A stretch of DNA of 64,000 nucleotides from an uncultured Anaeromyxobacteraceae bacterium. Its GTDB lineage: Bacteria; Myxococcota_A; UBA9042; DTJE01. The number at the start of each line of letters is the position of its first letter. Position 1 is the stretch's first letter. A model generated the notes under the pieces. It saw only the letters and a program-made list of their open reading frames with translations, made no database searches and was not told where the DNA came from. The stretch is from NCBI GenBank assembly GCA_964573455.1, contig CAZNJW010000001.1, positions 13,096-77,095 on the forward strand, written 5' to 3'. Below, piece by piece: positions 63,308-64,000 of this stretch. A program made the translations under genes and the position numbers.

Positions 63308-63509
63308 CAATGCAAAGAACACGCCCATTAAAAGGGCAGGCAATTTTCCACGAGACCGGGGTCTCTGTCAACAGTTATTTGGCCGCAGGCCCGTATTTCC
63401 GCACCAAACCGCCCCTATCCCGGGCGGAATGCGCGGGATTATGCGACAGAACCCCTTTCAGGTCAAGGCCGTTCGGCAATGATTTCTACAGAAACGGTGG
63501 AGAGCTCGT

Positions 63510-64000
63510 TCATCTGGCTGGGACGTAGAGGATCTCGATCCTGGTGCTCTTGCGCAATTCCATCACGAAATCGAGGTATCCCTTCTGAAACGCCTGCTGG
63601 GACAACTCCCATTTCACCCGGGCCCGCGCATCAACCGGATCCCGGAGGGGAACACGCCTGCGCTCCGGCACCTTCAGTATGTGAAACCCGAAGGACGACT
63701 GAACCACGTTGGAGACCTCGCCGTCGCGCAGGCCGAAAGCGGCCACTTCAAGGGACGCCTGCAGAACGCCGAGCGAAAACCATCCCACATCGCCCCCGCG
63801 GGAAGCGGATGAATCCTGGCCGTGCTGCCGGGCAAGATCCTCGAACGGGACTTCGCCACGCGACGCCTGACCGCGCACCTCGATCGCCTTCTGAAGCAGC
63901 GCCGATATCTGGTCCGGCGTCGCATCCTCGGTGATTACGAAAGCAATGTGATACAGATGAATCTCTTCCTCGGTCGTTCCGCCCTCGTACCGGGCATCGA
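63510..64000 (-). CDS. PpiC-type (parvulin) peptidyl-prolyl isomerase, 5'-partial (runs off the window)
   Basis: FEDLARQHGQDSSASRGGDVGWFSLGVL...FGLRDGEVSNVVQSSFGFHILKV parvulin signature. Reading frame open to the window end. Confidence 0.6.
   Translation of the reverse strand, partial: DARYEGGTTEEEIHLYHIAFVITEDATPDQISALLQKAIEVRGQASRGEVPFEDLARQHGQDSSASRGGDVGWFSLGVLQASLEVAAFGLRDGEVSNVVQSSFGFHILKVPERRRVPLRDPVDARARVKWELSQQAFQKGYLDFVMELRKSTRIEILYVPAR

Overview
High-GC (~63-65%) bacterial chromosomal window, most likely Myxococcota. Lineage markers are myxo-type cysteine-rich repeats, an AgmX/PglI C-terminal tail domain, myxo-type OM beta-barrel paralogs and a DUF4388 protein. The window carries about 55 protein genes, 5 tRNAs, and no transposases, integrases or CRISPR. 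The 3' third is the conserved core block tRNA(Thr-Tyr-Gly-Thr)-tuf-rpmG-tRNA-Trp-secE-nusG-rplKAJL-rpoBC on the minus strand, with comEA docked directly behind rpoC. The 5' two-thirds is accessory and envelope content. It holds a paired radical-SAM/SPASM maturase module (HxsB/HxsC-like), a FadL-like OMP coupled to a thrombospondin-type-3 lipoprotein, a group-3 sigma factor and several lipoproteins. It also holds a GT39 glycosyltransferase module, a split MetH (core plus separate reactivation domain), an orphan histidine kinase and an LtaS-like sulfatase. A plus-strand run encodes a metallopeptidase, RlmD, a tandem-QueD protein, RlmN, an unknown radical SAM and a PLD-family protein, followed by a pyrimidine/purine salvage cluster (pyrD, PNP, cdd, amidohydrolase). 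The most striking locus is a tight minus-strand operon at 24.6-28.4 kb. It encodes a bacterial-microcompartment vertex protein (EutN/CcmL family), a UPF0237 ACT-domain protein with an EutQ-N-terminal-like shell-association motif plus an encapsulation-peptide-like amphipathic helix, a DUF711/UPF0210 protein, and a 435-aa radical SAM enzyme of unknown function. No BMC-H/T shell genes are in the window. This is a candidate undescribed satellite BMC-associated cargo system. All calls are from reading the sequence and motif recall; no database searches were run.
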